This document shows, one piece after another, positions 1 to 10,368 of a stretch of 64,000 nt of DNA (the stretch's first letter is position 1; each line of letters opens with the position of its first letter). A program made the position numbers and the translations under genes. The stretch is from the NCBI GenBank assembly GCA_049320885.1, contig JBMORA010000034.1, positions 1 to 64,000 on the forward strand, in the 5' to 3' direction. The notes beneath the pieces were generated by a model that ran no database searches, had not been told where the DNA came from, and saw nothing but the letters and a program-made list of their open reading frames with translations. This DNA comes from Thermodesulfobacteriota bacterium. Its GTDB lineage: Bacteria; Desulfobacterota; Desulfobacteria; Desulfobacterales; SURF-7.

Positions 1-108
1 TTTCAATCAATCCCAATCGGGATTGACGGGGTTGTAAAAACAGGCTTTTTGCCAGAATTGCAAGTTGAATGGGTAGTTATTTTATAAGTATAAGTAATCA
101 TTAATCAG

Positions 109-125
109 TTAACCGGACAGCAGTG
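109..125. mobile_element. Possible terminal inverted repeat (end) of an IS4-family element, remnant only
   Basis: TTAACCGGACAGCAGTG resembles, from memory, the right end of IS4-family elements; it lies in AT-rich non-coding DNA at the window edge. No transposase is visible, so this is unverified. Confidence 0.3.
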
Positions 126-315
126 ATATGACAACTTAATTTTATGCGTCAATAGAGTTTCAAGCACCGACTCCGAAGAAACGGTAGAAGAAGCAGACCG
201 TCGCGCAGCGGCGGATTTCGCGGTCACCGTCATGCCCGATTCGCTGCGGCCGCCCATCATGGTTCCATCTGCCCTGGAGCTTTCGTTTTTCCGGAAATGT
301 TCGGAGAAATATCTT

Positions 316-344
316 TTGACAGGATACCGCGGGTCGTGTATATT
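316..344 (+). promoter_or_regulatory. sigma70-type promoter for the histidine kinase
   Basis: TTGACA-N17-TATATT, about 55 nt upstream of ATG 398. Confidence 0.6.
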
Positions 345-397
345 TGAATATCTTTTTATTTCATTATGTTGCAAATATATCCGACAGGCAGGCACGG

Positions 398-1846
398 ATG
401 TCCTTGGGAATCATCACCACAGCGGACAAGGCCCAGGGCTTGCGTATCAGACGCAGCTTCATGGCGGTCGTTTTTTTCGTGTTGTGCTACGGCTTGGTGT
501 GGCTGGCCCTGCAGGCCGGTTTTGTTGATTTGTCCCCGGAGCACTTTGCCGCGGCTTTTGCCGTCAATATGACCATGATGGCCATCCCGTATGCCGTCAT
601 CCGCACCGGACTCAACCTCAAATTCAGGGACCCGAGCCTCACCATCCCGCAGATGGTCATTGCGATTTTCTGGACGACCTATCTGATGCTGCATGTTCAG
701 GAGATCCGGGGTGCCTTTCTGGCCATTTACTTCCTGACGATTCTGTTCGGCGTGTTTCAACTCAACCGCGGTGAGTTCATCCTGGTTTCCCTGATCGCGA
801 TAACGGGCTACGGCCTGGTGATCATCTGGGACATGTCCGTCCGCCCGCCGCGATTCGATTTGACCCTGAATGTGGTCCAGTTCATCATTCTATCGGTCTG
901 CCTCTTCTGGTTGTCGTTCATCGGCAGCTATATCAAGGGAATCCGGGAACGGCTGAAAGCCAGCAAAATCACCCTGGAGCAACGCCATGTGGAAATCGTC
1001 AATCAGCGCGACTCCCTGCGCCGGGCCCATGCGCAACTGGAGGAAACGAACCGCGCCCTGGAGGCATCGATCCGGGAATTGCGCCAGACCCAGGATCAAT
1101 TGGTTCAATCGGAAAAAATGGCGGCACTGGGCGGGCTGGTGGCGGGAGTGGCCCACGAGATCAACACCCCGCTGAGCGTGGCCATCATGGCCGCATCGTT
1201 GCTGGAGGACAAGAGCCGTGACCAGGAGGCACATTTCCGGCAGGGAGTCCTGAAACGGTCCGATTTGGAAAAATATCTCAAAACGGCCATTGAGTCATGC
1301 CGTCTCTTGTCCAACAATCTGAACAAGGTGGCGGATCTGGTGCGCCATTTCAAACAGGTGGCCGTGGAACCGACCGGTGAGGAAAAAAGACGGATCCATA
1401 TCAAATCCTTCATCGATGAAATCCTGATCGGTCTTGGCGCACAGATCCATTGCGCGGGCCATACCGTTGAGGTCGACTGTCCCGAAGACATCGAGCTTGT
1501 CTGCTATCCGGGGCTCTTTTACCAGATCTTCACTACGTTGATATACAACTCCCTGTTGCATGGATTTGAGGGGATGACCGCCGGCCGGATTTCCATTCTC
1601 GCCAGGCGGGAAGAGAGCTGGCTGGTACTATATTACACCGATAACGGCAAGGGGATGGACCAGGCGACCCTTGGGAAAGTGTTTGATCCCTTTTTCACCA
1701 CCAAGCGCGCCAGGGGCGGAACCGGACTGGGCATGCATATACTGTACAATCTCGTCACCCAGATGCTGAAGGGCCGGGTGGAGTGTACCAGCACGCCCGG
1801 CGAAGGGGTCCTGTTTTTGCTTCGTATCCCCATGCCTCCTGAATGA
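398..1846 (+). CDS. Membrane-bound sensor histidine kinase
   Basis: About 6 N-terminal TM segments, coiled coil, H-box EKMAALGGLVAGVAHEINTP, HATPase boxes DNGKG, FDPFFTTK and GTGLG. Start moved to ATG 398, downstream of the promoter. Confidence 0.9.
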   Translation: MSLGIITTADKAQGLRIRRSFMAVVFFVLCYGLVWLALQAGFVDLSPEHFAAAFAVNMTMMAIPYAVIRTGLNLKFRDPSLTIPQMVIAIFWTTYLMLHVQEIRGAFLAIYFLTILFGVFQLNRGEFILVSLIAITGYGLVIIWDMSVRPPRFDLTLNVVQFIILSVCLFWLSFIGSYIKGIRERLKASKITLEQRHVEIVNQRDSLRRAHAQLEETNRALEASIRELRQTQDQLVQSEKMAALGGLVAGVAHEINTPLSVAIMAASLLEDKSRDQEAHFRQGVLKRSDLEKYLKTAIESCRLLSNNLNKVADLVRHFKQVAVEPTGEEKRRIHIKSFIDEILIGLGAQIHCAGHTVEVDCPEDIELVCYPGLFYQIFTTLIYNSLLHGFEGMTAGRISILARREESWLVLYYTDNGKGMDQATLGKVFDPFFTTKRARGGTGLGMHILYNLVTQMLKGRVECTSTPGEGVLFLLRIPMPPE

Positions 1847-1859
1847 ATCCCGCGTTCTT

Positions 1860-2618
1860 TTACTTGTCCGGGAAAAACCTTTTCATCGCCTTCTTATGTT
1901 CTTCCGAGAGGAGCAGAATCGGCTGAATATGGGCCTCCAGATCCAGAACTGTCTGAAGATCGATATGCAGCGAGCGGTTTAAATTCCGTTTGGTCATGGC
2001 CAGGGCGTCTTTTGATTTCCGTGCAATTTTTCTGGCAAGCGTCATCACCTCCACGGAAATGGTTTCATGGGGCACGATTTTATTGATCAGCCCAATGGAA
2101 AGCGCCTCCTCGGCCCCAAGAACCGCTCCGGTCAAGGCGAATTCCTTGGCTCTGGCCATGCCGATCCGTTCCGTCAGGAAATAGGACGTGCCGATATCCA
2201 GCACGGCTCCGATCTTGATGAATCCGGTGCAGAATTTCGCCCGCTCCGTGGCATAGGTGATATCGGAACAAAGCGCCAGTCCCAGACCGCCGCCAAAAGC
2301 GAAACCATCCACTTCGGTGATCACCGTCCACGGGCCCTCATGCAGTTCATGGACGAAGGAATTCATTTTTTTCATGACACCGCAAAGATACATCGGCTCC
2401 ATGTTTTCTCCCAGAAGGTCGATATCGGAACCGGTGCTGAAATTGCCGCCTTCACCGCGGATGACAACGACTTTCACGCTCTCTTCTTTCAGCGCTACTC
2501 GGACATCCTCGATCGGGCCTTCCAGTTGCGGACACAGGGCGTTCATCTTGTCCGGAATATTCAGACTTAACCGTACAACCCCCTCTTCCCGCTCCACGAG
2601 TAACAGTTCGGACGCCAT
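1860..2618 (-). CDS. Enoyl-CoA hydratase/isomerase (crotonase) family protein
   Basis: Crotonase motifs FSTGSDI, VDGFAFGGGLGLALCSD and AEEALSIGLIN. Confidence 0.9.
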   Translation of the reverse strand: MASELLLVEREEGVVRLSLNIPDKMNALCPQLEGPIEDVRVALKEESVKVVVIRGEGGNFSTGSDIDLLGENMEPMYLCGVMKKMNSFVHELHEGPWTVITEVDGFAFGGGLGLALCSDITYATERAKFCTGFIKIGAVLDIGTSYFLTERIGMARAKEFALTGAVLGAEEALSIGLINKIVPHETISVEVMTLARKIARKSKDALAMTKRNLNRSLHIDLQTVLDLEAHIQPILLLSEEHKKAMKRFFPDK

Positions 2619-2620
2619 CT

Positions 2621-3448
2621 TTACTCTCCCGTAAAAACCGGTTTTCGTTTTTCCATAAAGGCGCTGACCGCTTCAAACAGGTCTTTCGAGGGCAGCGCCG
2701 ATGCATTTTTCTGGGCGACATACGCCAGGCTGTTATAGACTCCGTTGTCGCGGGTATACCGAAGCATTTCCTTGACACCGGCAACCGTCATGGGCGGACA
2801 GTCGGCTATCTGCCGGGCCAGTTTTCCGGCCTCTTCATAAAGCGCTTCCCTGTCTTCACATAGCCGGGTAATCAGTCCCATTGTCAGCGCCTCTTCGGCG
2901 GTGAAATCCCGGCCGGAAAGCGCGAGCTCACTGGTCCATCCATGGCCGATGATTGCGGGCAGGCGCTGCAGAGATCCGACATCGGCGATGATTCCGATTC
3001 TGGTCTCCCGGATACTGAAAACAGCGTCCCTTGCGGCAAGACGGATATCGCAGGCACTGATCAGATCCACCCCGCCGCCGATACAATGGCTGTGAACCGC
3101 CGCGATCACGGGTTTTCGGCACATTTCGATGCTGCTGATGTTTTCCTGCAGGGAAATGATCTTTCTTCTCATGTTGTCCCGCTCGGACGCCGTACCCTTT
3201 CCGGGAATAATCGATGCGGCCTCCATCAGATCCAGTCCGGCGGTAAAACTTTTTCCTTCCGCCTTGATCACGACGACGCGGATATCCGGATCATTATCAA
3301 ACTCCGCGAATCGAACGCTCAGTTCCGCAAAAAAGGCCAGGGTCATGGTATTGCGCTTTTCCGGGCAGTTGAAAATCAACCAGGCGATATGGCCGTCTCG
3401 TTCGACTGCAAAAGGCGCTCCTGCGTTCATCCCATCCTCCTTATTCAT
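2621..3448 (-). CDS. Crotonase family protein (dienoyl-CoA isomerase-like)
   Basis: FTAGLDL, KPVIAAVHSHCIGGGVDLISACDIR, ADVGSLQRLP. Confidence 0.9.
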   Translation of the reverse strand: MNKEDGMNAGAPFAVERDGHIAWLIFNCPEKRNTMTLAFFAELSVRFAEFDNDPDIRVVVIKAEGKSFTAGLDLMEAASIIPGKGTASERDNMRRKIISLQENISSIEMCRKPVIAAVHSHCIGGGVDLISACDIRLAARDAVFSIRETRIGIIADVGSLQRLPAIIGHGWTSELALSGRDFTAEEALTMGLITRLCEDREALYEEAGKLARQIADCPPMTVAGVKEMLRYTRDNGVYNSLAYVAQKNASALPSKDLFEAVSAFMEKRKPVFTGE

Positions 3449-3509
3449 GTCCGCCCGCTTTTATTTCCACCAGCGTCGTTGGGCTCAGTCTTTCCTCGGC
3501 CGGTCGGCG

Positions 3510-4655
3510 CTACAAATTCATGGCTCCCGCGATAATGGTTTTCATGATTTCGGTTGTTCCCGCGAAGATCGTGAAGACCCGCAGATCCCGGAAATAACGG
3601 ACAAGCGGATTGTTTTCCAGAATGCCGGCCTGGCCGCAAAGATCCAGCGCCCGGTCGATGAGGTGATTGCTCATCTCCGAACTCGCGAATTTGGACATCA
3701 TGGTCTCCTTGGTGACGTCCTTACCCTCCATATGCTGACCGATCACATGATCCAGGAATACCCTGTTCATTTGGACTTCGGTGGCCATTTCGGCAAGGGC
3801 GAATCTGGCGGCCTGGGATTTCGAAAGCGGCTTCCCGCCGACCAGTGTTGCCCGGCAATAGGCTATTGCCATTTCCAGGACATGCTCAGCGGCGGCGACA
3901 CTCCAAATGGCGGTCACCAGGCGTTCCTGTTGCAGTTTTTCCATCAGCATCCGGAAACCGCGGCCTTTTTCACCCAGGAGATTTGTTTTCGGAATCCGGC
4001 AATCAGTAAAAAAAAGTTCCGCGGTATCCTGACTGTGCAACCCCATTTTTTCCAGTTTTCTACCCCGCGAAAAACCCTTGGTTCCATCTTCAACAATATA
4101 TAGGGAGACCGCTTCGTATTTATTGTCGACCAGAGGGTCTTTGGCCGCCAGGATAACCATGTCGCAGTTGGCGCCGTTGGAGATGAAAGTTTTGGAACCG
4201 TTGATGACGATGTCGTCGCCGTCTTCGACGGCGGTGGTCTGCAATGAGGCCAGGTCGCTGCCGGCGTTGGGTTCCGTCATGGCCACGGCCGTTATGATAT
4301 CCCCGGAAACGCATTTGGGAAGGTATTTTTTCTTCTGCTCTTCGGAACCGAATGATTCAATATAGGGAACCACGATATCGCTGTGAAAACCGGCCACCAG
4401 GCCGCCCTGCCCGGTGCGGATCATTTCTTCCGAGACAATGACCGAGTGGAGGAAATCCTTGCCGCCCCCCCCATATTCTGTTGATACCGCCGTGGACAGA
4501 AACCCGGCGGCACCCATTTTTTTCCAGGCGCTTTTGGGGACGATCTTGTTTTCTTCCCACTCCCCGGCATGGGGCATCACTTCTTGTTCCAGAAATCCGC
4601 GCAGTCGCTGACGGAAATCATCATGCTCTTTTGTATATCGCAGGAGTCCCATCAT
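3510..4655 (-). CDS. Acyl-CoA dehydrogenase (long-chain type)
   Basis: AMTEPNAGSDL, NGSKTFISNG, KMGLHSQDTAELFF, IFAGTTEIMK. Start at ATG 4655 or 4652 after AAGGAG. Confidence 0.92.
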   Translation of the reverse strand: MMGLLRYTKEHDDFRQRLRGFLEQEVMPHAGEWEENKIVPKSAWKKMGAAGFLSTAVSTEYGGGGKDFLHSVIVSEEMIRTGQGGLVAGFHSDIVVPYIESFGSEEQKKKYLPKCVSGDIITAVAMTEPNAGSDLASLQTTAVEDGDDIVINGSKTFISNGANCDMVILAAKDPLVDNKYEAVSLYIVEDGTKGFSRGRKLEKMGLHSQDTAELFFTDCRIPKTNLLGEKGRGFRMLMEKLQQERLVTAIWSVAAAEHVLEMAIAYCRATLVGGKPLSKSQAARFALAEMATEVQMNRVFLDHVIGQHMEGKDVTKETMMSKFASSEMSNHLIDRALDLCGQAGILENNPLVRYFRDLRVFTIFAGTTEIMKTIIAGAMNL

Positions 4656-4697
4656 CTCTCCTTGCCGATTCAGGGGGAGTCGGCTGCTTTTCATTTA

Positions 4698-4722
4698 AAG
4701 TTTAAAGTCAGACTTTAAACTT
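4698..4722. promoter_or_regulatory. Perfect 12-bp inverted repeat, probable operator
   Basis: AAGTTTAAAGTC-A-GACTTTAAACTT, between the acyl-CoA dehydrogenase operon and the divergent MerR-family gene. Confidence 0.75.
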
Positions 4723-4728
4723 GATTTT

Positions 4729-4757
4729 TTTATATGTACTGCCTATGGATAAGTCAA
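4729..4757 (-). promoter_or_regulatory. sigma70-type promoter of the acyl-CoA dehydrogenase/crotonase operon
   Basis: Minus strand TTGACT-N17-TATAAA. Confidence 0.65.
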
Positions 4758-4815
4758 GGTTTTTTTCTGGCCACGATTTCCAGGTGTTTTGACATGACCA
4801 TGCGAAAAGGCGATT

Positions 4816-5532
4816 GTGATGGATTTAAAAATCAGTGAACTCGCAAACCGGACCCGGGTGGCGGCATCGACGATACGGTATTATGTATCCCAGGGACTGC
4901 TGCCCGAACCTGAAAAAGTAAACAAAAACATGTCCTATTATGACGAACGTTGCGTGGAAAAAATCAGGGCCATTCTTTTCCTCAAGGACACCCGCCGCTA
5001 CCCGCTGTCGCTGATCAAAAACATCCTGAAACGCATGGACCAGGGAGTGAGTCTCGAACATGCCGAGGCCATCGAAAATTCCGTGTTCGGAACCCAATCC
5101 GGAGAACAAAGGGGTCTGGTGGACAGGCAGCAATTCCTGGCAAGCACCGGACTGACCGGCGCCGAGCTGGATAAAGCGGAAAAAATTGAACTGATCATGC
5201 CCTACCGCCATGAAAAAAATAAAAAACTGTATAATAACGAGGATATCAGTTTTGGTCGGGACATTCTCAAGCATTTCCTGGAAATGGGGCTTGAAATCGA
5301 AGACTGCGGCTTTTATATTGAGCTGGGCAAGCAAATCATCGCCCGGGAGGATATGATCCGGAAAAAACTGATCCAAGGGAAGTCAACCGCGGAGAAAATC
5401 GGAATCACGGTCGAATTATCGGCCATCGCCGGCTTCGCGCGCAGCTACATATTCAAGCGTCTTTTCCAGCGAAAGACCATGGCCAATATCGCGGTCAGTC
5501 TGGAACGACGGGAGAAAACCGGAAAAGGATAA
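4816..5532 (+). CDS. MerR-family transcriptional regulator
   Basis: N-terminal LKISELANRTRVAASTIRYYVSQGLLP MerR HTH, with a second degenerate HTH mid-protein. Confidence 0.88.
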   Translation: MMDLKISELANRTRVAASTIRYYVSQGLLPEPEKVNKNMSYYDERCVEKIRAILFLKDTRRYPLSLIKNILKRMDQGVSLEHAEAIENSVFGTQSGEQRGLVDRQQFLASTGLTGAELDKAEKIELIMPYRHEKNKKLYNNEDISFGRDILKHFLEMGLEIEDCGFYIELGKQIIAREDMIRKKLIQGKSTAEKIGITVELSAIAGFARSYIFKRLFQRKTMANIAVSLERREKTGKG

Positions 5533-5592
5533 ACCGGAGGCAGCCGGTTCTCCCGTTTTGCCGCTCCCCGCGCGGAACAGGAGGAATAGGGT

Positions 5593-5859
5593 ATGGCGGT
5601 TGGTTGGTCACGGGATGAGGCGGTTCAGGATCAAGTGGACGCTACGGTGAAATCCGCCGTCGAATTGGCCAAAAGCCGGTTGCCGGCCGGCGAAAGCCGG
5701 ACCCATTGCGAGGAATGCGCGACGGAAATACCCGAAGCCCGGCGCCGGGCCATTCCCGGGGTCCGTTATTGCGTTCCATGCCAATCCGAAAAGGAAAAAA
5801 GCCAGAAAGCCCGCGAACTCTACAATCGAAGGGCAAGCAAGGACAGTCAGCTGAAATGA
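5593..5859 (+). CDS. DksA/TraR C4-type zinc finger protein (YbiI-like)
   Basis: MAVGWSRDEAVQDQ...CEEC...IPEARRRAIPGVRYCVPCQ...RRASKDSQLK; RBS GGAGG. Confidence 0.9.
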   Translation: MAVGWSRDEAVQDQVDATVKSAVELAKSRLPAGESRTHCEECATEIPEARRRAIPGVRYCVPCQSEKEKSQKARELYNRRASKDSQLK

Positions 5860-5892
5860 GAAAAGAACCAAAACCAAAGGGGAAATAAGCAT

Positions 5893-7809
5893 ATGCAGGC
5901 TTTGAAAACGCTTCTTCATTTCTCCATTCCATTCAATCTGGTCGCCACGATTGTTCTTTTCACCGCTTCCGACGGCTGGACAGCGACATGGAATGTAGCA
6001 AGTGTGACGGAATTGCAGAACGTACTGACAACCTGCGCCACGAACAATCAGGACGATACCATCGAAATCGCCCAAGGGAATTATGGTGTTTCGACACCGC
6101 TGACCTATACTTCGAGCGAAAATTATTCGCTGACCATTGCGGGCGCCGGAAAAAGCGCCACGGTTCTCGATGGGGGCGGCACATACAGATTATTCTCCCT
6201 CAGCACCACCCAGCCCGATGCCGCCGTTCAGATCCGGAACATGACCCTCCGGAACGCCGCGGCCGGCGGGAACGGGGGCGCGCTGCAAATCTCGACCGAA
6301 GGAGCCGCTGTCACCATAAGCGATTGCGAATTGGCGGATTGCTCGGTCTCAAGCGGTACCAGCGTCGGAGGCGCCGCGAGCCTGAATACCGGTTCCGGAA
6401 CCATCCAGGTCATTTCCAGTGAATTCCTGCGCAACAGCTCCAAAGGAAATGTGGGCGGACTGTATGCCGCCACCGATACCGGGACCTGCTATTTCACCAA
6501 TTGCACATTTGAAGGAAACACGGTCAACAATAGCGGCGGGAGCGAGTATTACGGGGATGGCGGCGGCGCCATGTTCTATTCAAACGGGGCCAGCCAGGGG
6601 ATCATCACGGGAAATGTATTCCGCAACAACCAAGCCCAAGGCGGGAGCAATCCGGATGCCGGCGGACTGATGACCTACCAGCTGGGCAACGGTTCGACGG
6701 TCAGCATCGAAAGCAATACGTTTACCGCCAATGCCGCGGGATTGGGCGGCGGGGGGTGTTTCATCCGGATGAATGCGGATTCCTGCACCGTCACGGCGCG
6801 CGACAACACGTTTTCAAGCAACAGGACTTCCATCGGCAGCGGCGCGGGGATCCTGGTCTACATCAACGCAGGAACCCTCGCCTATTCCGGCAATGTTCAT
6901 ACGGGCAATAACGCTGCGGAAGACGGTGGCGGCGCCTGGCTCAGCCTTTTTTCAGGCAACGCCACGGTTTCCGGCAATACATTTGCCTCCAACCAATGCG
7001 CCCAAAACGGTGGCGGGTTGAGTATCTTTACGGATACAGGTCAGTTCACGATTTCAAGGAACCTTTTTTACGGAAATACGGCTGAAAATGCCGGCGCCGG
7101 TCTTTCCGGGGCCACGAGTTCCGGTACCGTGGCCATTGTCAACAATACCACCTACAACAACGCCGCATCCGGAGACGGCGGCGGTCTGTATCTGTATATG
7201 GATCAGGCCCTGGCCCGGATTTCCATGAGCAACAATATCCTCTGGAGCGACACGCCCAATGAACTGGGGTATTCCTTTGGTTCCGGCAGCGGAACCCTGG
7301 CCATGACCTATTCGGCTGTCATGAACGGCTCCGCCGAACCATGGTTTGGCCTCGGGTGCATTGCCAGCGACCCGCTTTTTGTCAATGCCGCCGGCGGGGA
7401 TTTTCATCTTTCCTGGTCCGATGCGCCACTTGCCAATAGCACCCAGTCCCCATGCATTGACAGCGCTGACCCCGCTTCGCCACTGGATGCCGACAATACC
7501 AGGGCGGATATGGGGGCGCTTGCCTATTCATCAGATTCCACGCCGACCGATCCGATCACATATTACCGTGACCAGGATGGAGACGGCTGCGGCGATCCGA
7601 ACCATTCGGTCCAGGACGACTCCCCGCCCACCGGGTATGTGCCCGACATGACCGATTGCAACGACCAGGATGCCGGCATTCACCCCGGCGCGACGGAAAT
7701 TGCCGACAATTCCATCGATGAAGATTGCGACGGCTCGGACCGGAAAAGCAGCGGCGATGCCGGCGGCGGCAGCAGCGGCTGTTTCATCTCAAGCCTGATC
7801 GGGAAATGA
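5893..7809 (+). CDS. Secreted right-handed parallel beta-helix protein with an Asp/Cys putative metal-binding motif and a C-terminal Gly-rich GCFI motif
   Basis: Signal peptide; repeated FxxN...GGG/GGA motifs; DPLFV...DFHL...SPCID...[13 protein letters not shown]...DCND...IHPGATE...DEDCDG; ends [15 protein letters not shown]. Confidence 0.82.
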   Translation: MQALKTLLHFSIPFNLVATIVLFTASDGWTATWNVASVTELQNVLTTCATNNQDDTIEIAQGNYGVSTPLTYTSSENYSLTIAGAGKSATVLDGGGTYRLFSLSTTQPDAAVQIRNMTLRNAAAGGNGGALQISTEGAAVTISDCELADCSVSSGTSVGGAASLNTGSGTIQVISSEFLRNSSKGNVGGLYAATDTGTCYFTNCTFEGNTVNNSGGSEYYGDGGGAMFYSNGASQGIITGNVFRNNQAQGGSNPDAGGLMTYQLGNGSTVSIESNTFTANAAGLGGGGCFIRMNADSCTVTARDNTFSSNRTSIGSGAGILVYINAGTLAYSGNVHTGNNAAEDGGGAWLSLFSGNATVSGNTFASNQCAQNGGGLSIFTDTGQFTISRNLFYGNTAENAGAGLSGATSSGTVAIVNNTTYNNAASGDGGGLYLYMDQALARISMSNNILWSDTPNELGYSFGSGSGTLAMTYSAVMNGSAEPWFGLGCIASDPLFVNAAGGDFHLSWSDAPLANSTQSPCIDSADPASPLDADNTRADMGALAYSSDSTPTDPITYYRDQDGDGCGDPNHSVQDDSPPTGYVPDMTDCNDQDAGIHPGATEIADNSIDEDCDGSDRKSSGDAGGGSSGCFISSLIGK

Positions 7810-7875
7810 ACCCAGCATTGATGGAATGACCCCAATCCCGTATTCGGACCGGATTTGCAGAAAGGAAGAAAACAG

Positions 7876-8643
7876 ATGAAACCAAATGGTTTTTTCGTTG
7901 CTGTGATCGGGGTCGTGTTCACGATACTCACCGGGCCTTGTCTTATTCAGGCTGATGAGCCGCTCCAAATTGTTACAGACGTTTGGCCGCCGTATGCATT
8001 CGAACAGAATTCAATCCTGGCCGGGACGGATGTTGAGATCATCCAGGCGGTCTTTGCCCAATTAACAATACCGATCCAGATACACATATATCCATGGAAG
8101 CGCTGCTTGTACATGATGGAAAACAGGCAAGCTGATGCGATTTTAGATGCCAGCGTTACGCCGGAACGCAGAACATTTCTCTTTTTTCCGGAAGAACCTG
8201 TTTCGGAAGGGATAACCGTATTCTTTGTCAAAAAGGGACGCCAAATACCTTATAGGACATTGCAGGACTTGAATGGATTAAGGGCCGGTGCGCTGATCGG
8301 ATATAGTTATTGCGACGAAATCGATAATGCACCATTTATGAAAAAGGCCGAACGCGTTGCCTCGTTGGATCAAAACTTTAAAAAGCTCATGGCGAATCGA
8401 ATTGATTTTTTCGTAGAGGTCGCGGCTGTCGGGCATAGCACGGCCAAGTCCCTGGGAATTTCAAACCAGATTGAAATTATTCCCAATGCACATTATTGTC
8501 GTGGCGGAAATTTTTTGGCCTTCGCGAAAAAACCCGGCCTTGAGGAACTCAGCTCCCGATTTGGAAAAACCCTGCGCCTCTTTAAGACCACTGCGGCTTA
8601 TCGGGAAATCATTAAAAAATATGGCATCGATAACCAATGGTAA
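7876..8643 (+). CDS. Periplasmic substrate-binding protein (family 3, orphan)
   Basis: Signal peptide; WPPYAF, GTDVEI, YPWKRC, GYSY, KLMANRID; no permease adjacent. Confidence 0.85.
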   Translation: MKPNGFFVAVIGVVFTILTGPCLIQADEPLQIVTDVWPPYAFEQNSILAGTDVEIIQAVFAQLTIPIQIHIYPWKRCLYMMENRQADAILDASVTPERRTFLFFPEEPVSEGITVFFVKKGRQIPYRTLQDLNGLRAGALIGYSYCDEIDNAPFMKKAERVASLDQNFKKLMANRIDFFVEVAAVGHSTAKSLGISNQIEIIPNAHYCRGGNFLAFAKKPGLEELSSRFGKTLRLFKTTAAYREIIKKYGIDNQW

Positions 8644-8651
8644 CAGCCGGT

Positions 8652-10289
8652 TCATCCGGGATGACTATCCGTGCGCTTCCCTGTCTCGGCGCTGACAAAA
8701 CAAAACGGATCTTTATCCTTGAAAACATCCAGGCCATGGCTGTGGATGATCGCCAGACATCCCCGGCAGACAGGATTCAGGTGGCAGTTCCGACAGGCTT
8801 CGCTCCCATTCCGGTATTTTTGGGCAAGCTCGGAATGATAAATATCAAAAAGAGACTTGTGGCGGATGTCGCCGATTGGTGAAGGAAACTTCCTGCAGGC
8901 ATGAACTTCGCCGTCCGGGAGCAAGGAAACAAAATTGAACGCCGCTCCACAACCGTAGCCGGTGCAGCCGCCAAAAAACGCATTGTTTTTTTCTTTGCGG
9001 ATAATATTGAAGAGGTTGTCTTTAAAACCCAGTATCGGGTTATGCGCTGCTGCTGTTTCGTATTCATATAAAAAGGAGACAAATTTTTCTTTTTCCGGCA
9101 TCAGAAGATGTTTGCCCTCCCCGATGGCGGAAAGACGGTTGAAGGTAAAAAAATCCGCACGCTCCCGGAGCAATTCTCCAAGGGGAAGAACCTGATTCAG
9201 ATTGTCGCGGGTCAGGGTAAGCATGACCATGCTGTAAATACCCATCTTCCTGAGTTGGTCCAGAAAAACAAGCGAACGGCGGAAATGGCCAGCGCCGCGA
9301 ATATAATCATTGTGTTCTTCCAGGCCTTCCAGGCTGATCTGGAAAAAAAGAGGTTTTGTTGTTCTACATAGCCTTTCCATCTGAGCTTCGGCAGTGGGGT
9401 TGCCCAATATGGCCACCCCCAAACCTCTATCTGACGTATCATGATATAGTTGTAAAAAATGTGGATATAGCAGCGGATTTCCACCGGTAAAGGTCACCTG
9501 GCCCCTTACATTCATCCGGGTGCAAAACCCGTTAAAATCATCCAGGATGGATAGAGCCGTATCATAGGCCATGGGTTCCCGGTCACTTCGATCATAACAG
9601 TGCTTGCAATGAAGATCGCAGTCCTGGGTGATATGCCATTGGAGAGTAAAGATATCTGCGGATTCAAATGGCTCCAGGATTTTGAGGGATTGCGGCGGAA
9701 GGGAAACAGCCCTACGGATTCGGGAGGGGGGCGATAAAAGGAGGCCCTGTGCAACCGCCCTTCGCAAAACGGCCAGGATTGCACCGACAGTGGTTTGTCC
9801 GATTGCCGCTGCTTCCCGCGGATCCATCTCTTCGACGGCAATCTTCAAAGCGAGAAGATCGATATCCAGGGCTTCCCGGATATGGAATTCATTTGTTCGG
9901 GGATGACGCCAGATGATGACATGCACCGGAGAGGCTTCCGGCTGAGGGCAGTCTGGCCCGCTAACAGGATTTTTCAGCAGAGCGGCAATATGTTTCCAGG
10001 ATACCGGAACCAGGGAAAGACTAGGATTGATCGAAATTTTTTCAGGTGATTCCGTCGAATGTGCATCCTCTGACTTTACCTGGTGGGATATCCATTCCAA
10101 ACGGGCAAGATCGTCAATATAATCCGGAAGATGATGAGCTGTCTTCTGGGAAGCCAGCGCATCAGCGAATGTCTGCGGTGTGATGTCATTTCCCAATGCC
10201 GCCAGCACCCTGTCCCAGGATTCTTTACCAAGGATGCGGCGGCAGGTGAAAAAGACAGATTGATATCGTTCACTGCAAATTCGGGGCAA
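8652..10289 (-). CDS. sbtM: Radical SAM/SPASM peptide maturase, selenobiotic/thio(seleno)oxazole SbtM type
   Basis: FTLQWHITQDCDLHCKHC (CxxxCxxC), TGGNP, SPASM region GGCTGYGCGAAFNF...C...CRNC...CRGC...DPFC, an N-terminal extension of about 200 aa (DLARLEW), and an adjacent UGA-containing precursor. Confidence 0.88.
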   Translation of the reverse strand: MPRICSERYQSVFFTCRRILGKESWDRVLAALGNDITPQTFADALASQKTAHHLPDYIDDLARLEWISHQVKSEDAHSTESPEKISINPSLSLVPVSWKHIAALLKNPVSGPDCPQPEASPVHVIIWRHPRTNEFHIREALDIDLLALKIAVEEMDPREAAAIGQTTVGAILAVLRRAVAQGLLLSPPSRIRRAVSLPPQSLKILEPFESADIFTLQWHITQDCDLHCKHCYDRSDREPMAYDTALSILDDFNGFCTRMNVRGQVTFTGGNPLLYPHFLQLYHDTSDRGLGVAILGNPTAEAQMERLCRTTKPLFFQISLEGLEEHNDYIRGAGHFRRSLVFLDQLRKMGIYSMVMLTLTRDNLNQVLPLGELLRERADFFTFNRLSAIGEGKHLLMPEKEKFVSFLYEYETAAAHNPILGFKDNLFNIIRKEKNNAFFGGCTGYGCGAAFNFVSLLPDGEVHACRKFPSPIGDIRHKSLFDIYHSELAQKYRNGSEACRNCHLNPVCRGCLAIIHSHGLDVFKDKDPFCFVSAETGKRTDSHPG

Positions 10290-10344
10290 AATGTCTCAAG
10301 TCGAAATGGAAAGGTGGATCAGCCTTCATCAGGCCTGAAACCAT

Positions 10345-10361
10345 ACACGCAGACTGCGTGC
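10345..10361 (-). promoter_or_regulatory. SECIS-like hairpin 3 (after UGA codon 74)
   Basis: mRNA GCACGCA-GUC-UGCGUGU at +14..+30 after the UGA at 10377-10375; it lies beyond the UAG stop. Confidence 0.65.
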
Positions 10362-10368
10362 GGACCAC

